Below are positions 1-12,526 of a stretch of 64,000 nt of DNA, piece after piece; within the stretch, counting starts at the first letter, position 1; every line of letters begins with the position of its first letter. Location: assembly GCA_951406725.2 (NCBI GenBank), contig OX597821.1, positions 81,158,001-81,222,000 on the forward strand. The letters are read 5' to 3'. Made by a program: the position numbers and the translations under genes. This DNA comes from Octopus vulgaris. Lineage: Eukaryota. The notes below the pieces were generated by a model. It was given only the letters and a program-made list of their open reading frames with translations. It ran no database searches and was not told the origin of the DNA.

Positions 1-830
1 AATCTTCAGAAAGCAACTGAACCACATGTCTAGAAATGGTTATCGAACACATTAAGTGAAAGGCAGCATGAACATCAACAGCAAAGCTACTAATGCCATC
101 ATATTCATTGCTGAAATCACAGAGCAACTGCAGACCATGCTGACAGAGCAGAACACTTATATAGAGCTCAGCTATAGGCCTTAAAAGGAACTGCAAGAAA
201 ACAAAATCCAAGCAGTCCAAAGCCAAATAGAAGTGGAAAACAGCGAAATTGTGAAGGAAAAGAGGTACATCTACAGTGAATATGTGCCAAGACATGAATG
301 TTGAAATCTCAGAGAGAACATGGGCAGGATGGAAGACATTTACCTTGATAAAAGATGTGCTCAAAGCAAAGCTGGACAAGAACCTGCGTGCCAATTTCTT
401 CAATGGCACCAAACTACCTATACTCTTATACACAAGTGAGTCACAAACTACTACAAGGAGGGAAGAATATTGGTTCACTATAACGCAAAGGGTCATGAAA
501 AGACGCATGCCAGGAATATCATTGTGAGAGTATATCCAAAATGATGCAATTCAAGAAGAGAGCAGAGTGAACGATGCGATCGTAGAATATCAAAAAGTAT
601 GTTTTGCAGGGCCAGACATGTTCAAAGTTTGCAAACAGCAGCTGAATCTATGCAGTTAGTTGCTGAAGAGTATCCAAAAGATCAGAAAAAAGCATCTAGA
701 AAAGGCTTCGACAATGATGTGAAGACAATTTAGTTAAATGATTCAGGCCATGATGGAAAAGAAGGATGTCATCAAGGAAAGGTTGGAAGCACATTGTGAC
801 CAGCAGTGTATAATAACATCCGATAATCTG
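1..830 (+). mobile_element. Decayed RTE-clade LINE, RT C-terminal region
   Basis: ORF 276-527 EISERTWAGWKTF...LRANFFNGTKLPILLYTSE...TQRVMKRRMPGISL resembles RTE-1 EI.RRI..GW.AF / LYGSETW / QRAMER.MLGI motifs; broken by stops. Confidence 0.7.
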
Positions 831-857
831 GATGATACAGATATATATATATATATA

Positions 858-1517
858 TCATCATCATCATCATCAGCTAACATCCGCTTTCCATGCTAGC
901 ATGGTTTGGACGATTTGACTGAGGACTGGCGAACCAGATGGCTGCGCCAGGCTCCAATCTGATCTGGCAGAGTTTCTACAGCTGGATGTCCTTCCTAATG
1001 CCAACCACTCAGAGTGTAGTGAGTGCTTTTACGTGCCACTGGTACGAGGGCCAGTCTGGCGGTACTGGCAACAGCCACGCTCAAATGGTGTTTTTTACAT
1101 GCCACCTGCACAGGAGCCAGTCTAACGGCACTGGCAACGACCTCGCTCGAATGTCTTGTTCACGTGCCACCAGCACAAGTGCCAGTAAGGCGATGTTGGT
1201 AATGATCAGGCTCAAATGGTGCTTTTTATGTGTCACTGGCACAGAAGCCAGACAGCTGTTCTGGCAGTGATCCCGCTCAGATGGAGCTGTTACTGCTCCA
1301 CTGGCACGGGTGCCAGTCATCGAATTTGGTTCAATTTCAATTTCACTTGCCCCAACAGGTCTTCACAAGCAGAGTTTAGTGTCCAGTGAAGGAAGGTTGG
1401 CATGGGTACCAGTCGTCCAATTTGGTTCAATTTTGATTTCACTTGCCTCAACAGGTTTTCACAAGTAGAGTTTTGTGTCCAAGGAAGGAAAGGTACGCAT
1501 AAGTGGGCTGGCTACAT

Positions 1518-1520
<3 letters not shown>
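858..1520 (-). mobile_element. 3' UTR of RTE-type LINE family with (GAT)n tail
   Basis: Reverse copy of ...ttaggaagggcatccagctgtagaaac...aacccatgctagcatggaaagcggacgttaaa(tga)n, with internal ~60-bp subrepeats; same family as 17955-18660, which carries the ORF end. Confidence 0.8.
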
Positions 1521-1581
<61 letters not shown>

Positions 1582-1649
1582 ATATATATACACACACATA
1601 AAAGCAAATTCTTGAACGAAATCAAAATGGAAATAGTAGTTGTGGCTAA

Positions 1650-1930
1650 TGCCAGTGCCGCCTGACTAGCTCCCCATGCCAGTGGCATGTAAAAAGCACC
1701 GTCCGAATGTGGTCGATGCCAGTTCCCCCCCTCCTAACTGGCTCCGGTGCCAGCAGCACATAAGAAGCACCCACTATACTCAGTGATTGACGTTAGGAAG
1801 GGCATCCAGCTGTAGAAACTTGGCCAGATCAGATTGGAGCCTGGTGCAGCCTTCTGGCTTGCCTCTTCCCAGTCAAACCATCCAACCCATGCCAGCATGG
1901 ACAACGGACATTAAACGGTGATGATGATGA
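1650..1930 (+). mobile_element. 5'-truncated RTE 3' UTR copy
   Basis: gttaggaagggcatccagctgtagaaac...ccatgccagcatgg...gatgatgatg. Confidence 0.8.
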
Positions 1931-1939
1931 CATACATAT

Positions 1940-2128
1940 ATCTTTTACTTGTTTGTCACTTAACTGTGGCCATGTTGGGGCACCACCTTGAAAGGTTTTA
2001 GTCAAATAAATCAACCTCAGGACTTATTTTTTAAAGCCTGATACTGTATCAGTCTCTTTTGCCGAACTGCGAAGTTATGGGAATGTAAACACCCCAGCAC
2101 CAGTTGTTGAGGACAAACACAGACACAC

Positions 2129-2191
<63 letters not shown>

Positions 2192-2360
2192 TAGATATAT
2201 AAACACACACAGTTTCCATCTACCAAATCCACTCACAAGGCTTTGGTCGGCCCAAAACTATAGTAGGAGATACTTGTCCATGGTGTCACACAGTAGAACT
2301 GAACACTAAACCATGTAGTTGAGAAGCAAGCTTCTTACCATATATAGCCACGCCTGCGTC

Positions 2361-2362
<2 letters not shown>
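1940..2362 (-). mobile_element. tRNA-derived SINE family A (CORE-like body, internal microsatellite)
   Basis: Diverged reverse copy of the element at 36270-36654. Confidence 0.75.
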
Positions 2363-2398
<36 letters not shown>

Positions 2399-5300
2399 TA
2401 GATAGATAGATATAATTGTCAAAGTAATTCAGTGCAAATCTAAACTAAATCTAAACATTAGCCATTATGTATCATCAGTTTTATCTTGGTCCTAATCTGA
2501 CTTCAATTAACGTAAAGGGAAGAACCTCTCGTTGCTCCCATTAACTTTATGTGTGGGCCACAGTGGGATTACAATTGCACAGATGGTAGAGAGCCAATCT
2601 AGATGCTCAGTCCAAATCCAGGTACTGCTCTTGAAATATGCTCAAGTATCAGTTGTTTAACACCAAACCACATTATATGTGCCTTGCCCCTTTAAGACAG
2701 GGATTTAAGCAGATTTTAAGGAGATTTAGCAGCTTTTTTTCTAGCAAACTGAACAGCTACATAGTGTCCTCCTAGAATCAAAGTACCAATAATATGTAGT
2801 CTAGAACCTGTACTTAAATGAGAAACACTTGTGTTTAAGAAAAAGAGTTCATTCTTTTCAGCAACAGCTTCTCTTCTGGGTTGACATGAAATGTTCCTCG
2901 ATACTTAGATATCTATCCTCACTTTTCCCATTGTTTTTTTGTTTTTTGGGGGGTTTTTTCCACTTCTAATTATATATCCTAGATCCTAGACGAGTAAAGG
3001 GCGGTTGGAGGTATTTTACAGTGGAGTGATCAATTGTTATGTCTGAAAGAAATTGGCAACAACTGTAACTGGTAATGCTGTATATTGACCTCAGTTGTTG
3101 AGTCGATTGTAGGATAGGATAGTGTGCGCGATGAAGAAAGAGGAGGAGAGAAATGAAGGAGGAAAGGAAGAAAAATGCATTCACAAAACGAAAGAAACAG
3201 AACGATAGGATGTTTTTAGATACATACATAAAGACAGACAGACAGGGATGGGAGGAGATAGATACAAATATATATATATATATACGACATAGATACAAAT
3301 ATATATATATATATACGACAGATGAACTGATAGCAAGAGAAGAAAGGAGATGAATAAACGCGTGAGCAAACTGGCGCAAACACAGAGCATAGAATGGGAG
3401 CGACATGGCTGAATCGGTGGAATGAGTTGGGTTAGTGTAAAGAAGAATCGGCATCAGTTGACGAGTTGACACGAATGCCTTTGAAAAAAACGAGAAGAGT
3501 TTATAGTAAAATCTGCAGTATGTACGGGAAGTGATAAAAAGATGAGACAAGAGGCACATGGAATAGTGTGAGAATATTTAGTGGAAGATTAAGAGGGAGG
3601 AGGAGATCAAACTGGTTTGGATGACAGCAGCAGAGTAGAAAGAAGGATGAAGAAGAGGCGACGAGGTGTATGTGTGTGTGTATATATATATATAGAGAGA
3701 GAGAAGGGTAGAATGAGAGAGAGACTGACAGTGGTGGAGAACTGACTGAATAATGCTGAATCGGAGAAAAACCAGTTTGACTTTTTTGCGGGAAACTGCA
3801 ATCCACGATAGAAAAGAAAATAAACAAAAAGAATGAAAGAAATTAAATAAAGCTAAAAATTAGAGGGAGAAAAAGACGAAAACAAAGAAAAATAGAAAAG
3901 AGTAAAACGAAGAGAATGCGTGGAAAGGAGGGAAAAGCTTAGAAACGTTAGCAACAGAAGAATTCGCCAATTTCAAACAGGTTAGCAGGTGTCTAAATGA
4001 CAAATATTCATTGCGGTTCTTCCCCCTCTTGTTAAAAGAATACTCTAATCTAGAAACTATATAACTTCATTAAGGTACAAGGCAGTTGGCTGCAACCTTT
4101 TTTTCATTTGCGGTACACTTATATCCTTTTCAAAATAGGGCGGCACACCTGAACTAGAAGTATAGGGAAACAATTATATTCAGGTTATACTGTGGCACAC
4201 CAGTGTATCGCACTGGTATAGGGGACCGGTTTGGGGCTTCTAGTCAAGAGAAAGAGAGAGATACATAAAAAGGAATCGGAGATTCATTTCTTCTTTATGG
4301 TGACTGAAATAAGCTAAAAAGGACGGGGAAACTGCTGTACTTCCACATACATTCCCAGCAAAAATGATAATTTTAATTAGACAATGGAAAATTAAAGCAG
4401 CTGCTGTTATTTAACCCCTGGTCTGCCCTCTCAGATCAGACCTACGGTCACAGGCATTCGAACTGTAGGCGTCTTTTGTTCAATGTTTTGCAGGAATATG
4501 CTTTCCAATGTGTCCATTTCAAAAAAACATTTTTTTTTAAGACAGCAGATGTAATTTAGGGCAGATATGGCTGCTACATTCAGTAGGTCGAGTAGTTTCC
4601 CCTTTTGGTTCGGAAAAGTGAAGTATTCTAAAGGAGTGTGGGATGATGACCGGTCAAGTCGATTACAGAATTGCCGGTGAGTAAAGTCCGTAGTCAGGTT
4701 ATATTTCCGGCTCTAGCCAAAAACACTTCACTATCGCTGATTATTTTACTAGAAAAACAAGAAAGTTCCGAGGTGATTTTATTTTGAAATGCAGTCAGTT
4801 TGTCTCTGGACTCTCCGCTTTCCTAAACGGATGAGGCGGTTCCATGGATGTTAACGATGGAATCGAAACCGGGTTGTGAGTTCGGTTCATACAATAGGTT
4901 ACTTCTAAGATCTTAAATCAACGATATTATTTTTTGTTTTTTTTAATAAGTCTGAAATCTAGTATCTTTAGAGAATGTAAACAGAGGTTGCGACGTGTAT
5001 TTCTGCTGGGAAAAGGCATTCGCAACGTAAAGAAAAGAAAATGGTTCCAACCGGAAATTGCAAGTTGTTTGCCGGAAGCTCTACATTTCGGTACATACCA
5101 ATGATTACTCCTTGGTAAACAAGGTGACACACCACTGGCATGTGTGTGTGGGTGGGTGGACTAAGAGTTCAGATCTATCTTTGGTCTATATGTTTAACCG
5201 TAGACTAAACTAAGACCCTGTCGCCATCTCCACCCCAAGAATAACTCTTTTTGACTACACACAATGCAAAATTTTGAGTTAGAGGATATAAATAACTGAA

Positions 5301-5582
5301 TTGACCATAACATATTACTAATACTGGGTTCAATTAACACCAGAAGGCTAAACACAAGGTTGGTCTCGGATATGAATTAAAAAAAAAACCTTAGAACTCC
5401 GAAAAGCAAGTAGCCAGACAAAAATATCCACGGTGGTGCGTGTGCCATCACAATAACCGTCGCCAACATGAACACAGATCCTCCAAGATTTTTAAGAGAA
5501 TAAAGGTTTAAAACATTGACAAACATACAAAACATGAATTTCTTCCAACCAGGAAATAAAACATTCAGGTGCAGGAAAGACA

Positions 5583-5727
5583 TGTCAGGAGCTTAGCTGA
5601 TACAACGAAGTAAAATCATTAAAAATGTTTGAGTTGTTCTCGATAGAATCTATGGAGAACAGCAGAAACGTTTTTAATGATATTACTTGCAATTTCGTCA
5701 TTCGTTGTATCAGCTAAGCTCCTGGCA
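5583..5727. repeat. 145-bp foldback palindrome (MITE-like)
   Basis: caggagcttagctgatacaacgaa pairs perfectly with ttcgttgtatcagctaagctcctg; inner arms also pair around atagaatctat; 14-nt bulge on the right arm. Confidence 0.85.
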
Positions 5728-6376
5728 AGATAAAAAGATGAGATGAAAACGAGGGAGGAAGCAATGAGGCTTTCATAGACATCGATAAAAAAAAACACAG
5801 AAGGAGTTCAGGGAGGGAGATGAGAGGAAATAGTTTTACCAGATGTCAATAAAGGAGTTAAATGAGGCTTATGAGAAGAGAATATGATCGGAGATTGACA
5901 TCCTAAACATTCTTCCTGGCAGACAAACAACACTTGAAAACAAATTGATTTTTCTCATTCTTGAAACACGATCGAACTGGAATTTAAACGGATCGAACTC
6001 GGGCAAGTAAGCGGCATTGTTGGTAGGTATAGAACAAATAAATTGTAGAATACATTGGGTTCTACTCAGCAAAATAGTTTACACAATAAACCAAATTAAA
6101 GTATCATTAGAAGCAGGTATTTAATCTAATTTGAAAACACCTGAAGATAAAAACAACACTGACCAAAGTGGTAACACATCTTCCTACGGCGAAACATTCA
6201 GGACAGGAACTAACGACTCTAGCTCTCATATAAGCATTTTAATGTCTAAGGATTAGCGATGCTGTTCTTATAATCAATTCCCTTACATAGCTAAACGTAG
6301 GGGTCGATAGAAATGCTAGAACTCTTGTAACCTTTTCAGTTAATGCTACAAAATTAATAGTACTTAAGGTACCATT

Positions 6377-6391
6377 AGAACCTTCTGGAAT
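6377..6391. promoter_or_regulatory. Perfect three-unit heat-shock-element match in ROCK intron 1
   Basis: aGAAc cTTCt gGAAt, followed by an overlapping aTTCt gGAAa; motif match only. Confidence 0.3.
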
Positions 6392-7749
6392 TCTGGAAAG
6401 GTGTTCTCACAAAGTAGATCCCTGCAGTAAGTCCAAAATTAAAATCGAGTAAAACATGCCCCAGACGCTTAAACACAGCATTAGGGAATACCTAGTTCAA
6501 CATCCTATGTTTAGTACAACTCTTTTAAGTCTCACGGAGCCAAACCCCTATCAAACATAAAGGATTGTCTCGTCGTATCAGCTTTGCAACAGGTTTTCAA
6601 TCTTCTGCATAGCACATCTGCCACATTGCACACTTACGAAACACGTTTGCCCTTTAGAGGCGACATATATACTACAAAAACAGGTACAAAGTGCGAAGAA
6701 TATCTCTGTGTTATATTAAATTCACCAACATCTCAAACCTAGCACAAATATGTTCCATCTATTTTAAGACAAAAACATTTCTATCAAAAGATTGCCGCGC
6801 AAAACAAAAGGGTAAAAAAAAAAAAAGCACCTGTTCTAGCTCAGAAATTTTATTAAAAGAATGTGATGACTCGAATTCCTTTATATTAAACGCATAAAAA
6901 AAAAATTGGATCTTCTGTGAAGCACCTATGGAATGTGGATAGACTTAGTATTTTAGTTAAATGAGCATCAATTTTGTCACATCTGTTATGTGAATGTGTT
7001 GGGTCAGCATTAGTCACGATTCTCCAAGAGGTTAGCAGTGAAGACGTGTTCAGTGATGGAATAGAGCCAACCTTACCAGTTGACGGACAAAATATATACA
7101 CACACACACACGTATTTGCATGGTGCATACACGACTCTCACTGTGAACTGTTTCGGCTAGGACATTATTCATAGCAGCACTCCACCAAAAACTAACCGAC
7201 TTCTTTGCAAGTACTTCTGTTTTAAAAATAGCACTACCATTTCCTCTCCCTCTCCTCCGACCTAACCTCCACCTTCATCATCCCAGTACTATCAGATGAA
7301 TTAAGGACACGAGCATGAAACGGGACGGGGTAGTGATGGGATACCAATTTACTAAACAAATGGTTACATTATATCGCAGTATAAGAATTTAAAGGAGCGC
7401 TGTGATTAAAGAGGTTAAAGAGAAATATCGTGTGTGTTAGACGGCTAAATGAGAAAACCATGTGTTTTGCGGGGTGCAGAGCAATAATAAAGTACTTAAA
7501 GGAGACGAAAGGGTGGGAAAGATAAATCATAGAAATATTTGAAAGGAAAATCCATGAAACATCTCGTTTTTTAAAATATGGAAGTAGAGAGAGAGAGAGA
7601 GAGTGGGAGACAGAACATCTTTGGATATTGAGGAAAAGAGAGCAAGTGTGGTGCTTGTCTGTCGACATAATTCTCAAGGGACTGATATAACGTGATGTTA
7701 AAATCTGACATCTGGGGTGATTCAGGGATGTAGGTTAGGCTTGTTATTG

Positions 7750-7925
7750 TTGTTTAACCCCAGGTCGACTCCGATTGAGCAGATTTATGATCATAACGTC
7801 ATTTTATTTTGTTGTTCAGGCATACATTATCCACTGTGCCCTCATCTTTTTTTTTTTTTAAGACAGTAGGGTATGATTTAGGGGGAGCAAGCTACAGATG
7901 TCTCCTACCAGTCTAGTAGGTCAAA
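7750..7925 (+). repeat. Unclassified dispersed repeat (other copies near 2650-2770, 4400-4600, 51830-51960, 53500-53810)
   Basis: Shared gttgtttaaccc..ggtc...gagcaga...tatgatcaaagg and ggagatttagctgct motifs across the copies. Confidence 0.55.
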
Positions 7926-8645
7926 GGTTGTGTTCTTTAATAACTTGAGTGTTAAATAATAAAGAAACAGGATTAATACTCTAACGACTGAGAAGTCTTC
8001 TTCGGACCTGACCTGACTAATCAACACACCTATGTGTGTGTGTGTGTGTTGTTGGCTAATGGACTCGGAAAATGCATGAACATCACAAGATTTTCTTTGA
8101 CTATTAGCAAAGATTTCTGATATTAGGGATGCGTGGGCGAGAGAACCGAGTTTTGTGGGATACGGTTTTTTTCTTTTAACTTTTTTATTTTCAAAATCAT
8201 AACCAATCTAAATAGAAATGTTTCTTTTAAATATCGAAACCGACTCGGCAAGATCTTATTGTAAACATAACTTATATGAAATACTCGAGCGTCAGTTCAT
8301 CTTCATGACTACTTCCCAAAGCACAATGTGTGTGTGTGGTGTATAATCAATTACAAGTGAATAAGCTATGGATATGAGCCACCGGCAGCCAGTCAGAATT
8401 AACAGTCAGAAATTCGTTCGAAGTCCATCCTGTCTGTCTGACAAAGGGTCACAAAACAACCGAACATCGAGTACATTGAAGTAATTTAAAATAATTGTCT
8501 TGTGTGGCGAAAGAATTTCTTAGAGTTTTTTCATGAACTTCATACGCAGTATGGAGGAGTCGACAGACTAAATAAAGGGGATAATTGGTATCTGAAAGAG
8601 AAAAGGGGATTAAGGCAAAATAAAAAGATGTTGCAAAAGACTTAC

Positions 8646-8744
8646 CATAAGTCCATCCAAATTAATATTTGAGGTAGTAGTTTTAATTTCCCTCTCCAAG
8701 TCCTTAAGACGTTGGTACAACTTGGGATCTTGCAGTAGAGACAT
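8646..8744 (-). CDS. ROCK: First coding exon of a Rho-associated protein kinase (ROCK/Rok)-like gene; gene continues leftwards, probably out of the window
   Basis: Minus strand reads gccatcATG then MSLLQDPKLYQRLKDLEREIKTTTSNINLDGLM followed by a phase-0 GTAAG donor (plus-strand cttac 8641-8645). Resembles the ROCK N-terminal capped-helix segment (R..LE..I.DP.S.IN.D.LL|D) and its exon-1 boundary as I recall it. No later exon identified in the window. Confidence 0.75.
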
Positions 8745-11350
8745 GATGGCAGTATGTGGCAGAGAAGGAGCGAACACGGAATCCCAGTAGTAAAAAAAAT
8801 TAAAACTATATACTTAAGAGACAGGGAATTAAAAAAAAAGGAAAGGACACCGATATTTTAAAAGTGTCAAAAAGGGATCATCTTAAAACTGGGGGAAAAA
8901 AATTAATCCGTCACTGTGTTTAAAATTACCACCCGTCAAGTACTGAGATTTTTATATAGACGGAGTGGGGAAAGTCTCGCCTAATTAGCTATATTATAAA
9001 GACAGGTTAAATATTGAATAACAATAGAGACGAGGTACAAAGATGACCAAAGGTTATGGCCATCCTCACCGAATCATCCACCCTGTCTGTCACTTAGGAA
9101 AGGCGTGAAGTGTGTCTAGGTACGTGTTGCCAGTTTTAATGTACACAAGACTAAAACAGCGACAACACCTTCCCTAAAAATTGGATATCTAAATAATTTA
9201 TTATCATTTATTAAATACTTGCAATACTTTTATTTGATATTGTCTTAGAAACCTAAAAATACAATTTTAGTTCATTTTCCCCAGTTTTTAGTCATTAATT
9301 GACCGGAAACAGTAGAGAAGAAATACCGGAAATGGACGAAACCGGGTGATGAAATGTACATGTCAAATTAGCTGAGAGAGCCCAGTGCGCTTCGGAGATA
9401 GATCCACGGTTGGAGAGGCTTCTCAATGTAAAACCAGACGAATGTTTGATTATAATAGTAAATATAAATTACATGAATCAGTCACACATCTATTTATATA
9501 AATATATATTAGTTATGGATGGGTAAAGGTAGTAAACTTAAATTTCAAAAATAGTTTGGCAGTGTTGACTACAAACAAAACGACTTCCGTTCATGAAATT
9601 ATTATAACAAATACAATAAAGGGATATGTTGTAAGAAATTATATAAAACCAGTAAACCCTAAGATAGTCACAGATAATAGATTAAAGGAAAATCCGCAAT
9701 AATAAAGGTGGGCCCCACACCACCTTCGTCGCGACTTTGCCTCTCCTTCTCATTCAGAGCAAGATTAATTAATTAGGGTTGTAATGATTTGTTAGTAATA
9801 GTAATCCAGTTGGTTTGTATAATATATCCAGAAAGGGAGAAGGTTAATTATTTGGCCGCCAGCGAGTGGCAGACGGACAGGATCCGGCTTTAGGTGAAGC
9901 CATCAAGCCATTCTCACTGTGGAAACAGAAAAATCCATTGAGTCTTTTCCTTCGTTTTCGGTCTTTTCCCTGGGTTTTTCGTTCTGCTGCTCCAATAGAC
10001 TTCAATCATCGAAGTGAAAGCAGCTTTTCACTGCCACACACTTGCAGTAGTGATCTTTTTTAATATTCCACACAATGCTTCTGTCTTTTAGAGTAGATCT
10101 GTTTGTTTCCCGATGGCTGAGGCATGTGTCTGTCTGCTTCCAAACACGGCTGGCTTCATTTAGCTTTCTTCCGTAGGCGCCATCACAGCCTTAACAATGG
10201 CCACCACCTATACGGCTCTACCTGCCACCGCCACTCTCACCTTGTTTACTACTCTATCTGCTACTTCCACGGTCTCTCTTACTCTGTCGCTACCACCACA
10301 CTACGTCACTCGTCTTTTATGTTTCCCTGCCTTTCTCTTTCCTTCTGTCTTTCACTTTTACTCTATCTTTATTTTCCTTTCCCATTACAGCAATTACTCC
10401 ATCTGTCATCAGCCCAAAGCATAATTCTCTCTTTCTCTATTTTTTTATTCCCTTTTCTATGTTATTATAAGCAGTCGCTCATTCTGCCGTCACCAACTTC
10501 CACCACAATCCTCTCCCTGGCTCTTCTCACTAAACCTCGCTCTACTGAAGAGTAATAGTGGCAACTGGACTATTACTACTTCCACTTCAATAAAATTCTG
10601 CAGGATAGCAACTTCTGTTTACACAACCACCTAGGAGGTGGTGCGAACCCTGAACTATTGTTCAGTAATTCAAGAAGAGTTTTTAAAAAATTAGCCGACT
10701 TGAATATTTAGCGAATAGGGAGTACTGAGATAGAAACAGAGTGGGTCGTCGAAGAAAGAGGTTGGGGAAAAACTGACGAAGAATGGCAAGATGAGAAGAA
10801 AGCGATATGAGAGAATAAATACAAAATTTGTAAGAAGAAAAAGAAAGGTCACGGTTTCAGTGAGAAAGAGGTGAAAGAAGCGAACACCAAGAGAAAGGAG
10901 AGAGATACTGTAAGAAAAATAAGGAAATAGCTGGTTTTACATTGCGCGGTTAAATAGCAGAATAAAAGCCGTTATTTACAAGCTGAATGACTCATGAAAA
11001 TGCCAAAATCTTTAAGTTAGGGAATTAGGCACGAAAGGTTAAAGAACTTCTACTGGGAAGTTCTTTAAATTAAAGAATAACTACTGCGATTAAATTTGCA
11101 GACAAATTAGTCTAACATCAGCATAAAGGGAAAAGAATCGTGTGCATTCACGAGTCTAGCAGTTGAATATTTTAAAGAAACTGATTGATCTAAGGGTGGG
11201 GAGAAAGGAAAAGGCTGGAAATCGAGACCATAAAAAGACTTTGGGATATTGGGGCTACAGTACGTGTTGCCCTGTTCTGTACAAAAAAAGTTATATATAT
11301 AAATTAAAGACCCTATACGTGAAATGAAAGGGTTATATATTAAAATATTT
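8745..11350. promoter_or_regulatory. CpG-retaining 5' UTR/promoter region of the ROCK-like gene, possibly bidirectional
   Basis: Repeat-poor, many intact CpGs and CCGGAA (ETS-type) motifs near 9302 and 9326, directly upstream of the ROCK ATG. TSS not located. Confidence 0.45.
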
Positions 11351-12299
11351 TTTTATCTTTCAGATTTCTGTCGTGAGTTATTTTAGAAAAGTTGTCTCCC
11401 ATAATTTATGGAAAGCTTCAAGTAGAATTATGTGGTGGGTGAAAGAGAATGCTGTACATTAGAAAAAGTAAAGATAAAAAAATAAAATCATCAATTTCCT
11501 TTGTATGGAACTCGACCAAAATGAGTCATCACAAATCATATATTATGATTATTTGTCAGAAATGATTAAAAAGATTGTATCACCAAGGACAGTTCTGTGT
11601 GTCCTGAACTAAGGATAAGAATTATGTAAACATTTTCTCTATGTTGCCAATAATTGCAATTGATAATGTTAATCTGTAGCCTAAAACTTCTGCATTGAAG
11701 TCTCACTCCTCTCGATCAAATGTCGCTGAGGCTTCAGCTCACGCTGATTGTTTTCTCCTTCTCTTCCACGTGTGATTAGCTTTGCAGCTCCTTTACAACA
11801 AGAACCTGCTCCCCTTCCCACATATTCTGATACTTTAACCCCTCATACCCAAGAATAACCCACCATACACTCACACAAACACATGCACACACACACACAT
11901 CTCAGAGTTTATAGTCATGTGAGCTGCTTAGCAACCTTAATAGTACTGGGAGCCCCAAAATAGTACCCAATACACTTGTACATGCTGTGAAGTGGTTCGC
12001 ATTAGGAAGGGCATCCAGCCATAGAAACCATGCTAAAGCAGATACTGGAACATGATGCAGTTGTTAGACCCAATAGATCTGGTCAAACCATCCAGCTCAT
12101 GTTAGTATAGAAAAAGGACATTGAACAATGAAGAAGAGGAGGAGGATGGTGGTGTGGAGGTGGTTTTTTAATTATAAGTTTACTAGGTTTGGAATAACCT
12201 GAAGCTGCAACAATAACAAAAGATCTTTTAACTCATTACAGTACACACACACACACACACATGTGTGTACAATGTGAACTGCTATTTGCCAATTTTCCC

Positions 12300-12444
12300 C
12301 TCCTGATGAAGGAAACCAGTATTTTGATGATGTTTTTATGCAATCATCTACAGGTGCATATCCATGGCTATTTGCCTATTCCATCTACTAATTATGAACT
12401 TACAGCTATTATATCATTCTGAGCTCCTAGAAACAGCTGTTGAG
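12300..12444 (+). ncRNA. Type I hammerhead-ribozyme-like motif with long loop II insertion
   Basis: ctc-CTGATGA-agga...(111 nt)...tcct-a-GAAAC-agct-GTT-gag; palindromic helix III ACAGCTGT typical of Penelope-associated hammerheads. Confidence 0.4.
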
Positions 12445-12526
12445 CTAACATTTTTCTGTCTTTTTTTCATATTCCATGTAAAAGAAAATTGATTTGTCGC
12501 TATATATAAATATCTATGTGCTTGTA

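Noticed and set aside
1000-1320. Regularly spaced ~60-bp repeats resembling a CRISPR array
   Set aside because: Degenerate tandem subunits of a LINE 3' UTR without unique spacers; eukaryotic context and no cas genes.
2966-3827. 197-aa and 108-aa minus-strand hydrophobic ORFs
   Set aside because: Low-complexity CT/TA-rich sequence crossing microsatellites; more consistent with UTR or regulatory DNA.
10124-10555. 143-aa and 75-aa plus-strand ORFs upstream of ROCK
   Set aside because: Compositionally biased, no motifs; probably antisense to the ROCK 5' leader.
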